Translations under genes and position numbers: made by a program | Assembly (NCBI GenBank): GCA_951406725.2 | Contig: OX597821.1 | Location: forward strand, 114,018,001 to 114,082,000 | DNA: 64,000 nucleotides | DNA from: Octopus vulgaris | Lineage: Eukaryota | Reading direction: 5' to 3' | The notes under the pieces: model-generated | Seen by the model: the letters and a program-made list of their open reading frames with translations, nothing else | What the model was told of the DNA's origin: nothing | The model's database searches: none | Shown: positions 38,846 to 52,025 of the stretch, in pieces | How the letters are laid out: every line of letters begins with the position of its first letter | How positions within the stretch are numbered: the first letter of the stretch is position 1

Positions 38846-39560
38846 TCCTATAACGTAGACATGCTTAAATACTTACATCTATGAATCTAGGAATCCCTGT
38901 ACACATGTCGGTATCTTTGTATAGTAGCAGGTTTATATGTTGATATTGGGGATGTTAAGATATTAAATGTCTAGAACTGATAGACGCTTAGATAAAACTG
39001 GCATTCTATGACCTTAGAACTAAATTTTTATTAAATCTTTCGTCACTTAAATTTCAGTAGTATTTCACTTGTTAACTCGGGAGGAGAAAAAAAATTTTTT
39101 TGAGTGCAGAAATCTGGCGGCAAGTCTGCCGAAAGCATGAAGCACTCGGTTAAGTGTATAATTACACGACAGAAACGCCATCAACTTCACCTTCACCACC
39201 AGCACCACCGCCACCGTTTAAAGAAAGTTACACATACTGAAGGCTGATAGAACCGTAATGTACCGATTTTGTTCTGTTTTTCAAGCTCAAAAGAACATTA
39301 TTTCTTAAACCTGATTTACATCGACGTCACCTTATGATACAGATGTATATCAACAAAATATCATAGCTAGCAGGAGTGGACATATAATAGACGCTTATTT
39401 ATGTACACATATATATTGAAAGTTATGTTTATACACACTCCCACGTGCGTTTACCTTCACATATATATATGTATGTGCATGTGCGTATGTGCGCGTGTAT
39501 GACTATGTGCGTATAATAACAATAATGTATGCGCATGTATCTATGCATATATATATAGAG

Positions 39561-39736
39561 AGGCGTAGGAGTGGCTGTGTGGTAAGTAGCTTGCTTACCA
39601 ACCACATGGTTCCGGGTTCAGTCCCACTGCGTGGCACCTTCGGCAAGTGTCTTCTACTATAGCTTCGGGCCGATCAAAGCTTTGTGAGTGGATTTGGTAG
39701 ACGGAAACTGAAAGAAACCCGTCGTATATATGTATG

Positions 39737-39783
<47 letters not shown>

Positions 39784-39935
39784 TGTGTTTACGTCCTCGT
39801 AACTTAGCGGTTCGGCAAAAGTGACCGATAGAATAAGTACTAGGCTGACAAAGAATAAGTCCTGATGTTGTTTGCTCGACTAAAGGCGATGCTCCAGCAT
39901 GGCCACAGTCAAATGCCTGAAACAACAAAAAGAGT
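39561..39935 (+). mobile_element. CORE-type SINE, near full-length
   Basis: Same family as 38420-38845. Confidence 0.9.
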
Positions 39936-40374
39936 AGAGAGTAAAGGGAGTATATGCATATATACATATGCATGCATATGTAAATTAGGTGTTTAAATTT
40001 ATACATACATCAATATAGGTTATTCATATGCATATATGTATATATTCTGCATGTATACGTCATTATCCTAACCCTTATCGTCGTCGTGGCCGTTTTACGT
40101 CCAGCCTCCATGTTTTCACAAGGATTTCACAAGTCACTGCTGCCCTTCTAGAAGAATTACAGAAATAGATCTCCACCTTAAGATGTACGTTTGAACAGGT
40201 GGATGTACTTCCTATAACACACCACTCTACAGTGGATGTATGTGTGTATATACATGCAGGCAAATATATACATGCACATACATATATGCACGTATATTTA
40301 TGAGTATGTATATATGTATATGTATGTATTAATAACTTATGTGTATGTATATATGTATATATGTATATATATTA

Positions 40375-40425
<51 letters not shown>

Positions 40426-40594
40426 ATGTATGTATGTATGTATGTATGTATATGTATCTATGTGTATATGTAGGTATATACATACAAACACACGTACATT
40501 AATTGCGTGTGTATGCCTGCAGCTGCTTATACGAAAGAAAATACACGACTTATTTACCATTAAGTGTAACACCAAAACTATGTACGTACGTATA

Positions 40595-40651
<57 letters not shown>

Positions 40652-40671
40652 TTACATATGTGTGTGTATAC

Positions 40672-40707
<36 letters not shown>

Positions 40708-40749
40708 ACATACGTACAGATACATATATACATACATACGTATATATAC

Positions 40750-40791
<42 letters not shown>

Positions 40792-41638
40792 TAGAGATAT
40801 ACATACATACACATACATCTATATATCAACGCCCATGGTAGGCGACAGCATATTTTTGGGTGACAACAAAATAGAAAGGAAAGAAAAAAGAGAATAAGCG
40901 GGATGATATATCAAAGAAATCAAGACCTCAACAATATTAAATTATGATAAATATATATATTACATATAAATATATTATATGTAATAACTGACATAATATA
41001 TTATATATTTCCCGTAATATATTCGTCTCTGTTCTGTTGCCTCTATATTATATTCCATAGTTAATAAGCTTGTCAGGATACAATGTTGGGAAAAACGTTT
41101 TCTGCTGCATTACAAGAATGTCTTGTTGGTGAAAATTTGATAAGAATAAGATGAAAGAAAGTCATTAAAATAGTTATAGATAAGTGGGTGGGTGAGGATA
41201 GGATTTTTGAACGTTTAAACCTAGTTAAGTGAAACTATTTTGTGAGTGATGTCTCAGTACTGCTCAGTATATGCATACATACTATCATATCATATATACA
41301 TACACAGTGGTTGTCTACTCCTTATGCAGAGTCTGATCACCTCCTGTACCTACACCTTAGAACCATTATGGCGTCTGATGTGGCTTTTTAAACCAGACAA
41401 TGTATGCATGCATGTATGCATGCATGTATGTATGCATGTATGTATGCATGTATGTATGCATGTATGTATGTGTGTATGTATGTATCTATGTATGTACGCA
41501 CATACATTTTTTTTATTTGTTTCACTCACTGGACTTTACCTATGCTGAGACACCACGCTCCAGGGCTGAAGGTTTAATTAATCAAATCAACATCACTATT
41601 TGTGTGCGTGTGTGTATGTGTGCGTCTGTGAGTGTGCG

Positions 41639-41671
<33 letters not shown>

Positions 41672-41674
<3 letters not shown>

Positions 41675-43090
41675 ATCCCGGTTTTCAAACAGGGAAACAG
41701 ATCCCTCGCAGTCAACTATCGCCCAATCTCGCTCACCTTCCACATCATTAAAGTGTTTGAAAGAGTGTTAAGATCAAGGATAGCTGACTTCCTGGAGACC
41801 CACAAACTCCTAAATGCAAATCAGCATGGCTTTCGCTGTGGCAGGGACTGTCTAACACAGCTCTTACACCACATTGAAGATATACTCAAAGCCTTGGGAA
41901 CAGGTTCGAACTCTGATGTCATATATCTTGACTTCAGTAAAGCGTTCGACAGGGTTGACCATAATATCCTACTCTCAAAATTGGCAAATGTTGGAATCCG
42001 TGGAAAACTTCTACACTGGATTAAGTATTTCCTGGCGAATAGAACACAACATGTTGTAATTGATGGAGTCCACTCAAGCCCAGCAAAATTCACCAGCGGT
42101 GTCCCCCAGGGGACTGTCTTGGGCCCGCTACTCTTTATAATTTACATAAACGACCTTTCCAGTGTCGTACATTACTGCAAAGTGAAAATATTTTCTGATG
42201 ACACTAAGCTCCAGCAAATCATCAATGAAGAAGCAGACCGAACTCAACTCCAGTCTGATCTATATGCTGTGAGTCAATGGGCATACAGAAACAAAATGCA
42301 ACTGAACGAGGGTAAATTTGAGCTGATGCATTATGGAAGAAATTCCTCACTAAAACAGCCATACTCTCTTCCTTCAGGGGAACCGCTCACAGCCTCTAAC
42401 AATATCAGAGACCTGGGTGTAATTGTTGATGACAATCTCAGTTGGAGTGCACACATCAACAAGAAGGTCGATATAGCTCGTAGGATGAGTTCCTGGATCT
42501 TAAGAACTTTCCGGTCCAGAGAAGAAGGTGTCATCATACCACTTTTCTCCTCCTTTGCACGGCCACACCTCGAAAACTGCTGCCCACTGTGGTCTCCCCA
42601 TACAAGACAAAACATCTCGAGGATTGAATCACCCCAGAGGGCACTCACTAAACGAATTGAAGGCATGGTTGCTCTCGATTATTGGGACCTCCTTAAAGCC
42701 TTGAAACTCTACTCTCTCCAGCGTCGCGGTGAGCGGTACATCATTTGTACGATGTGGAGAATATACCGTCAAATTTGCCCAAACGACCTTAACATTAGCT
42801 TCAAGGTTCATCCAAGACTGGGATCACGGGCCATACGTCCCCTGCCCAATTCAAGATCACAGCATACATGTACACTGCAACATAATTTGTTTTCTTCAAC
42901 AGGCCCTGCCCTATTTAACATTGTCCCGAAAGAGATCAAAGAGGAAAAGGATCCCATCAACTTTAAACGGAGTCTGGATAGATTCCTTCAAGAAATACCA
43001 GATAAGCCACCCATAACTGGATATAACTCACCCAACAAAAACTCACTACTTGAATGGACCATAAAAAAACTTGACTTAAACAGGATTTAG
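41672..43090 (+). CDS. CR1-group LINE ORF2, reverse transcriptase and C-terminus (5'-truncated, no stops)
   Basis: NYRPISL, QHGFR, YLDFSKAFD, SGVPQGTVLGPLLF, FSDD, DLGV, RPHLE.C.PLWSP; begins directly after (TA)n, so the upstream ORF-track residues are microsatellite. Confidence 0.92.
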
Positions 43091-43162
43091 ATATTCCTAT
43101 CAGGTGGTGCTATTAAGTTAGACATGGCCTGGACCAATCTTTGGTCGAAACATATCTAAGTT
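41672..43162 (+). mobile_element. CR1-group LINE insertion in (TA)n
   Basis: Short 3'UTR 43091-43162 with terminal hairpin gacca(atctt)tggtc, followed by TA/(TATG)n. Confidence 0.9.
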
Positions 43163-43164
43163 TA

Positions 43165-43200
<36 letters not shown>

Positions 43201-43297
43201 TGTATGTATGTATGTATGTATGTATATGTGTATGTATCTTCCCTTTCCTCACGTGACCAACTTTCTTTTCCTGCACGGACGTTCTAAGAACTGGACG

Positions 43298-43344
<47 letters not shown>

Positions 43345-43807
43345 ATCTTCTCTTTTCAAAGACAGTATTTCTCTCAGCATTCACTATTTTCCCTTCATTC
43401 TGCTCTCACGACCCTCCATGTTTGTTTTCGTTCCGTTTCCTTGTATATCTCCACTGTCCTGTTTTTGATCCCATCTCTGACCCTTCAGAAAATACAAAAT
43501 TTTATTTTGGAAGTTATGAGAGCAAATGTTTTCGAAGACTCATATTGTCGTTGAATGCTCGAAATAAGGAGAAGATAGAATAATATAAATAATATATATA
43601 TATTATTTATATTATTTACATTATTATTTAATTGAACGCCACGCATCAATTTCCAAATTATATATATATATGTTCAGAATTGAACAGCCGAAATTTGCTA
43701 TGATGATTCGGTGTCTGACTGAAGATTGAAGGCTTCGAATGATTTGTCTGTGTTCCGTGTTCGTCCCTTCCTGTATTCCACGTTCTTTATATATAAAAAC
43801 ATTTATT

Positions 43808-43880
<73 letters not shown>

Positions 43881-43975
43881 TTAAAAATTATATTGCAATT
43901 AATAAGAGGAATGACCATTAAATTGGATTCCTAATATGCTAAAGGTAGACATCAAATCGACTTACCACGAAGAGT

Positions 43976-44043
<68 letters not shown>

Positions 44044-44159
44044 ATGCGTGTATGTGTGTATGCTGAATTAGCGACTTATTGAATAAGTTCTGCCAAAAAT
44101 GCATCAAGATGAATTTTAGCACCCAATTGTTTAGCATTAGATGAAATCCAAAATATTCT

Positions 44160-44565
44160 TTTCGGCTCTAGGCGCAAGGCTCGAAATTGTGGGGCAGGGA
44201 GCCACTCGATACGATCGACCTCAGTACGCACCTTGTACTTAATTTATCGACCCCTAAAGAATGAAAGGTAAAGTCGACCTTGGCGAAATTTGAACTCAGA
44301 ACGTAAAGGCAGACGAAATTAGGATAAAACCAAAGATCAAGTCAAAATATTTAGAATAATTATTTCAAATTTTTGCGACAAGGGCAGCTTCGGGGAGGTG
44401 GGGATGAATCGATTTCATCGATCCCAGTGTTCAACTGGTACTTATTTTATTGACCACGAAAGGATGGAAAACAAAGTCGACCTCGGCGGGATTTGAACAC
44501 AGAACGTAGCGACGGGCGAAAAACCGTTAAATATTTCGTCCAGCGTGCTAACGATTCTGCCAGTT
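44160..44565 (-). mobile_element. Two Deu/Nin SINEs
   Basis: aaagtcgacct.ggcg..atttgaac units at ~44270 and ~44475. Confidence 0.85.
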
Positions 44566-45458
44566 CGAAGATTGTTCATAATTAAGTTTTTCATAAGTAA
44601 ATTTCTACGGTTTAATTATAAACAGTGTAATCCATATAATCATTAGGCAATTAATGCACATAATGAGAAATTCAGGTGGAACCAAGTGACGCCTAAATGC
44701 CTAAATGTACCGATTCTCTGTCAGTTCCCCCTTGATTCACTCAGCATTAAGATGATGTTACCAAAAACACTTGATATATATCGGAAGCTTTCTTAGTATA
44801 GATAGATGGATACATAGACAGACAGACAGACACACACACACACACACACAAAGACACACAGACACATACCCACACACTATTAATTATGAATTAATAATGA
44901 ATTAAACAAATAATGAATTAATCATGAATGAGATGTGTAAGCCGTTTCATAAAGAGATAAATGCCAAAAATATTTCAAACTTAGACTTAAGACGGCATTA
45001 TACTACATTGAATGTGGGTTTGTTTTGAAGAAGATTTGGTTCTTATTTCTAGCAGAACAAGTGAACACGCGAAGTGTCACTCGTTGAATCACTGCTCTGT
45101 CCATATTTCGCCGGCAGTCGTCAACACGCGACATTTAAAATGAACCAAATGGATCAGAGCACTAAAAGGCTGTGATGCAACGATTCTCTCTAGAGATTAC
45201 TAATATAATAAAATGTTAAATCTACTTCGTTCAGCCCAAAATTTGAAGTAATTTACAAATAGTGAACACACACTGATAGGCACAAATACGTAAAATACAC
45301 ACATGCACTCACACACACACGCACACACACACATATACACACACTCGCACTCACATACATATATATACACAGATATATATACATACATATATATATATAT
45401 ACACACACATATATATACACACCTATATATATACATACATATATATATACATACACAC

Positions 45459-45495
<37 letters not shown>

Positions 45496-45515
45496 TATAA
45501 ACATCTATACATGCT

Positions 45516-45563
<48 letters not shown>

Positions 45564-45831
45564 GGTGTGCGCATTTTGTGTTACGTGTGTATGGATGGAT
45601 AGATGCATATAAAATCCAAACATTTCTTGACCCACATTAGACAGTTTCTTAAGTGTAGATGGTTATCATCGTCGACAATAGATGAGAAGCTGGCATTCTG
45701 ACAAAACAAGCAAGTCCGCATTTTCCAAAATGATATTTTTACAACTGCATGTACGTGTGTATCAGTGTATCTCTGCGCATATATATATATATGCATATAT
45801 TATATATATATATATCTGTGTGTATGTACGT

Positions 45832-45875
<44 letters not shown>

Positions 45876-47148
45876 GTATTCATGTATGCATATATATATA
45901 TATATGTGCATGCACACGCATATATGCTAATATATACATGTGTGTGTATTAATAAATATATATATGCATGTGTATATATATGTATATATACATATACACA
46001 CATATATATAGTTATATTTACGTATATATACATATATATATATGTATACATATATGAAAATATATATACAAAGATGTGTGCATATCTGTCTGTGATTGCG
46101 TTGTATAATGATGTCTATACATTTCTCAGTTGAGTTTATGCAGGACTGACTTAAAGCCGCTCACAATGCTTTGGCCCAGTGAGGACAGATATGTTTAGTT
46201 ATAAGAAATAATATATTTTATTCATATCCGCATGCACACACACAGTCTCTGTCTCTATATATGTGTGTGTGTGTGTATATAAGTTTGGTGGAGCATGCAC
46301 ATGTCAACGAAGACGTTGACATATTTTATGCTGAGACGTATACATAAATATTTTGTTAAAACATATATATATATATACTCATATTTGTTATAATTTTACT
46401 AATGAGGTATAAATGTTAAAGTATATACATATGTGCTTCACAGTGTGGGTGTGTATACATGAACGCATACACAGTAAAAATGTAAACAAACTTTCTGAGA
46501 AATTTATGAGAAATTCAGGTGGAACCAAGTAACGCCTAAATGCATAAACGTACCGATTCTCAGTCAGTTCCCACTCGATTCCCTCGGCATTAAGATGATG
46601 CTACCAAAAACACTTGATGTATATCGGAAGCTTTCTCAGTATAGATAGATAGACACATAGACACACAGACAGACAGACAGAGACACACACACACACACAC
46701 ACACATATTTAGGTCAGTTGAAATATGTTTGTTACATATTTCAACTGCTAAAGGCAAATACACTGCAGTTAACATGGAGAGAAAAATCTCTCTTATGGTA
46801 AAAAAGACGTGAAAACACCCGGTTCGTTCAGTGTCACCATCTGCAAGGGATCTCAGACATTGATGTTTCGAGTTTATTGACTCTTGTCGATGAGATGTAC
46901 CAAAGAGAGGCAACCCTCAATGAACTAAATAAAGGTTATAGCTTTAAATGTAATTCAGCCAACACATTGACTGATTTGCGCTAGCAGATCGCCCGATCGA
47001 GAAAAATATCGGAGTAATGGCGTAAAGCAGTGCCTACGTCTAATCACAATTTAGCTTAGCTGAAATATGTGACAAACATATTTCAACTGCTACAGGCAGT
47101 TGTGATTATATACGTAAACACAGAAAAAGAGAGAGAATGCGAATATAC

Positions 47149-47251
<103 letters not shown>

Positions 47252-47414
47252 CATGCATATATATATGCATATACACACACATATTATAAAATGGGAGCGG
47301 CAAAATTAAATAAAAAAATCATCACAAGATATACGTTCCAAATAATATCGTATTAATAGATAGATGTATAAATATATAAAGTATGATTATTTAAAGAGTT
47401 TAAAAGTTTAAAAT

Positions 47415-47505
47415 ATCTTACGATTGTTTCATGAATGTATTACCCTTCGAAATGAAATCTAAAATTGATAATCAATATTAGCTAATACAACCACTCATCA
47501 GACAA
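47415..47505 (-). ncRNA. Hammerhead motif, canonical core, long stem II, weak stem I
   Basis: Minus: CTGATGA-gtggttgtatta...taatacattcat-GAAA-caatcg-TA-agat. Confidence 0.6.
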
Positions 47506-47814
47506 AAAGGGTGAATTTCCGTGTAGTCAACCGAGTGCTATTTAAAAATATATGAAAAAGATGTTTAAAAAAGGTTACTGGCATAGATATGCGTTGGTAC
47601 AAACTTGTGCTAAAAAGGTTTGAAGAAACAATATACATCCGTGGTAAAATCCTCTGCAGTAATCCACAATGGCTGTGTGAAAATATAAATCCCATAATTC
47701 CATTATCATTAAATGTCTAAATACTTTTAAGGTTTTAGACATTTCCTTACCAAGAGCACTTATTTTAAATTCCGTATATTGTATTCTAATTGAATATATT
47801 TGATTAACCATATA

Positions 47815-48048
47815 TATATTTCTTTATTGCCCACAAGGGGCTAAACATAGAGGAGACAAACAAAGACAGACAAAGGGATTAAGTCTATTGCATCGACCTC
47901 AGTGCGTAACTGGTACTTTATTTATCGACCCCGAAAGGATGAAAGGCAAAGTTGACCTCTGCGTAATTTGAACTCAGAACGTAACGGCAGACGAAATACT
48001 GCTACGCATTTCGCCCGGCGTGCTAACGATTCTGCCAGCTCGCCGCCT
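47815..48048 (-). mobile_element. Deu/Nin SINE, full-length
   Basis: Matches 60885-61118. Confidence 0.9.
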
Positions 48049-48459
48049 ATGGCAAATGAAAGACGGAAGATGGAATATACAAGAGCTTATTTTTAATCAT
48101 CACAATTGTTTCGACACATCTACCATCGATTCCTCATGGGTGGGACACAAAACATCTGGTTCAGGAGCATCCAATGGTGCAGCTGTATCTCGCCGAGTGA
48201 TAAATAAATACTCGTTAAAATGACTGTTCTGCAATGTAACTTTCCGTTTTGTAGAAACAAAAGCAGACAGACGGAGGAAATATCTTCATCTATATAGAAG
48301 ATCAAAAATAAAATTACAGATAACAAAAAGAGAAACGAACACACAATACAGCGAGAAAAGTATTTAAAATAGCTGCATGACACAGGCAAGCTGCATGGCA
48401 CGAGTACACTCGCTCATACAAGCATCCGCTGGATTGCGCGTTCGTTTCTCTTTTTGCCA

Positions 48460-49022
48460 TCTGTGACGAGCCGCGTCCTGAAAGAACTGTAGAGCTCGAT
48501 GATAACGTCCTGCAAACCCTGATGGAACAAAATCCCATCGTAACTGTTGAGGAATTGGCAGAAAAGCTTGCATTTGGTCATTCAACCAGTCATTCACGTC
48601 AGCGCTAGAAGACCATCTTTGGTTTCAAGACGAATGGTGTTCTTCCATCAGGATAATGTCACATGCAGCAAGGTTGACATTTCAAAGGCTGGAGCAGTTT
48701 GAATGAGAAAGGATGCCTCACCCACCCATATTCGCCGGACATTGCCCCACCTGATTATCATTTATTCCGCAGCGTTCAAAATCATTTGGACGGAAAAAAT
48801 ATGAACTATGTAGACGACGTCAGAGCAGTACTGGAGGAGTATTTTACGTCACGGACAAGGGAATTGTGGAAGAAGGGCCTTGCAAGTCGATCAGATAAAT
48901 GGAAGAGCATTGCAGAAAATGAAGGAGAGTATATTTTAGATGAGAAAAGAACTTTGTTTACCTTAATTTTGAGATATAAAAGAAGTATTTAAGAAACCGT
49001 ATTATTTATGGGATGACCCAAT
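48460..49022 (+). mobile_element. Mariner transposase relic with 3' end
   Basis: QNPIVTVEELAEKL (HTH), FFHQDN, HPYSPDIAPPDYHLFRSVQNHL, W...ENEGEY; terminal ttatttatgggatgaccca-ata. Confidence 0.9.
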
Positions 49023-49057
49023 ATATATTTGCTGCTTGTAATATCTAAAACAACATT

Positions 49058-49265
49058 TAAGGCGGCAAGCTGGCAGAATCGGTAGCACGCCGAACACAAT
49101 ACATAGCAGTATTTTGTCCGTCTTCACGTTGTGAGTTCAAATTCCACCAAGGTCGACTTGGCCTTTTAGGGTCGATAAAATAAGTTCCAGTTGAACTCTG
49201 GGGGTCGATGCAATCAACTAAACAGCTCTCCCGAAAATGTTGACCATGTGCTAAAATTTGAAAGC
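49058..49265 (+). mobile_element. Deu/Nin SINE (diverged)
   Basis: ggcggcaagctggcagaa...gagttcaaattcc...ggtcgataaaataag. Confidence 0.85.
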
Positions 49266-49308
49266 AATAATATAACACTTGTGTGTGTGTATGTGTGTAC
49301 ATATATAT

Positions 49309-49387
<79 letters not shown>

Positions 49388-49392
49388 TATAT

Positions 49393-50081
49393 AGCAATAA
49401 TAATTCTCTAAAAGAGATATAGACAGTAACTGCTCGATAACATAAGGGACTAAAGCCATCTGAATATGGCTAGGGACAGGGCAGGGTGGTGTTACTGTTG
49501 CATTTAGCCCCAGGCGAACATCGACGTCACCAGAAAGGCTCGACACCGTCACGGTGTCCTTATCCTGCAAAGGGAGGTAATTCCCCGATGAAGCGGAAAC
49601 CACACACGGACCATGGTTTCAAGGTGTATTGCCTATCGTCGGCGTGTGGTAGGCTTCCGCTTCCTCGACGAACTCTCACTCTGCAGGATATTCATATATA
49701 GATTTTCAAGCAAAATACATTTGCTGATTTCGAAAATCTGTTCGAAAGCAATAATAATTCTCTAAAAGAGATATAGACAGTAACTGCTCGATAACATAAG
49801 GGACTAAAGCCATCTGAATATGGCTAGGGACAGGGCAGGGTGGTGGGGGTGTTACTGTTGCATTTACCACACGCCGACGATAGGCAATACACCTTGAAAC
49901 CATGGTCCGTGTGTGGTTTCCGCTTCATCGGGGAATTACCTCCCTTTGCAGGATAAGGACACCGTGACGGTGTCGAGCCTTTCTGGTGACGTCGATGTTC
50001 GCCTGGGGCTAAATGTAACAGTAACACCCCCACCACCCTGCCCTGTCCCTAGCCATATTCAGATGGCTTTAGTCCCTTATG

Positions 50082-50084
<3 letters not shown>
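49393..50084 (-). mobile_element. Retrozyme/pLTR-like element: ~354-nt unit, partial direct repeat and inverted copy, between (TA)n tracts
   Basis: 49393-49505 is repeated at 49747-49865; 49866-50084 is the reverse complement of 49437-49650. Confidence 0.85.
49866..49917 (+). ncRNA. Type I hammerhead (U4C) with GUC site; identical copy at 49599-49650, minus strand
   Basis: cacacg-CCGACGA-tagg(caataca)cctt-GAAA-ccatgg-TC-cgtgtg; palindromic accatggt. Confidence 0.85.
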
Positions 50085-50141
<57 letters not shown>

Positions 50142-50150
50142 GTATATGTG

Positions 50151-50182
<32 letters not shown>

Positions 50183-50768
50183 TGTATGTATGTATGTATG
50201 TATGTATGCGTGCGTGTAATTACACACACACATACATCTATATATATATGTACATGCATGCATACATCTGTAAGTATCTCTGCGTGCTTACATGTGCGCG
50301 CACATATGCATGTATGTGTGGGTGTATTTAGCTCTATGTCCGGGTCTTTTCGGAGAGAGAGGGGGACAGAAAGAAAGGAAGAAAGAAACGAATATGTTTG
50401 ACGGGTGGAACTTTCAAAGGAGTAGAATTCTCTCAAAGGTAATTTCTGATTTCTTTCGTCCTCATTAATCCGTATATCCACCCTCCGACAAAAATATATT
50501 CACTTTCTTCTATGCAAATATATTGTAAATATTTATATCTTCATCGAATTATGCTAAAAATATAATTGTTCTGCATATGTGGGGGAGTTCTTTTCAGCAT
50601 TTCAGACGTCATTGGAATTTTTTTTTATTGAGGTATTGACTTAAATATTTTCGGCACATTTGATTCATACAAGTTTTTATTTTCGTATAAAAGAAAAGAT
50701 AGATCTTCTCACGCTATTTCAAGTTTGTATGCAGGCAACTTTATTTGTTAATACGCGCTATAAAGACA

Positions 50769-50825
<57 letters not shown>

Positions 50826-51032
50826 CTAGTTTGTACATTGGGTTTTGTAAACATACTATTGTGTTCGTTGATAGCTTTCTCATATACTTAGATACATCAT
50901 AGATTGATACATACATACGCACACACACACACACACACACACAGAGGCACGCATACACCCTCACATGCTCACAAACACACACATATAAATATACACGTAC
51001 ACACAGGCACAGACATATATATACGTAAATTA

Positions 51033-51073
<41 letters not shown>

Positions 51074-51108
51074 CATACATACATATATACATATACACAC
51101 ACGCACAA

Positions 51109-51169
<61 letters not shown>

Positions 51170-51734
51170 ACGAATTATTTATACATAAGCACATATGCAC
51201 ATACGTATGTGTGCAAATGTACATATATATATGAATGTAGGTATGTATAGATAAATATATGTATGTATGTACATACATGCACACATACATGTAAATATGT
51301 ATATATATACACACACACAACTATATCTACACAGGTATACATGCATAGATACATATACATAAATATCTACAGTAAATGTGTATATATGCATGTGCTTATT
51401 TATGTATATATGTATATATCTGTATGTGTATATATGAGTTTGTATGCGTGTGTGTGTGTTTGTGTGTGTTAAGCTGTATTGGTCCAAGTCAGCTGCCAGT
51501 CTCTTGAATAAACATCGGTGGCGTGGAGAGGGGAAACTTGCATTTATTTGCAACTGCTAATCTTTTGCAAAAATTCTTGCATACATCTGCACATACATGA
51601 GCAGATGTATGGTCAACCCTGACCGACATAGGTTTACCTCTATATAGACTTATATACAAACAGATAAATATAAAAGCATAGTTATTACAGAAAATAGCGA
51701 AATTACTGCATTTTGCTAACAACTTATGTTTCGT

Positions 51735-51972
51735 CGTTTGTATCCGTTTGTCTGTCCTTGTTTGTCCATTCCGTGTTTAGCTCCTTGTGGGCAGTAAAGA
51801 AAGAGGTATTTCGTCTGCAGCTACGTTCTGAGTTCGAATTCCGTCGAGGTCGACTTTGCCTTTCATCCTTTCGGGGTCGATTAAATAAGTACCAGTTACG
51901 CACTGAGGTAGATATAATCGACTTAATCCGTTTGTCTGTCCTTGTTTGTCCTCCCTGTGTTTAGCCCCTTGT
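51735..51972 (+). mobile_element. Deu/Nin SINE multimer whose tail is interrupted by the RTE LINE
   Basis: ...tttagccccttgt|LINE|...gtaaagaaataggtat resumes at ~53449. Confidence 0.8.
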
Positions 51973-52025
51973 GATGATGATGATGGCAATCCCTCAAGGT
52001 CGAGGATGATGGTCTTCGCGCAAAT

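Noticed and set aside
41600-41671. N-terminus of the 496-aa ORF
   Set aside because: Microsatellite in frame with a 5'-truncated LINE; not a real start.
43128-43152. gacca(atctt)tggtc-gaaac at the CR1 3' end as a hammerhead
   Set aside because: No CUGANGA; better explained as the LINE 3' terminal stem-loop.
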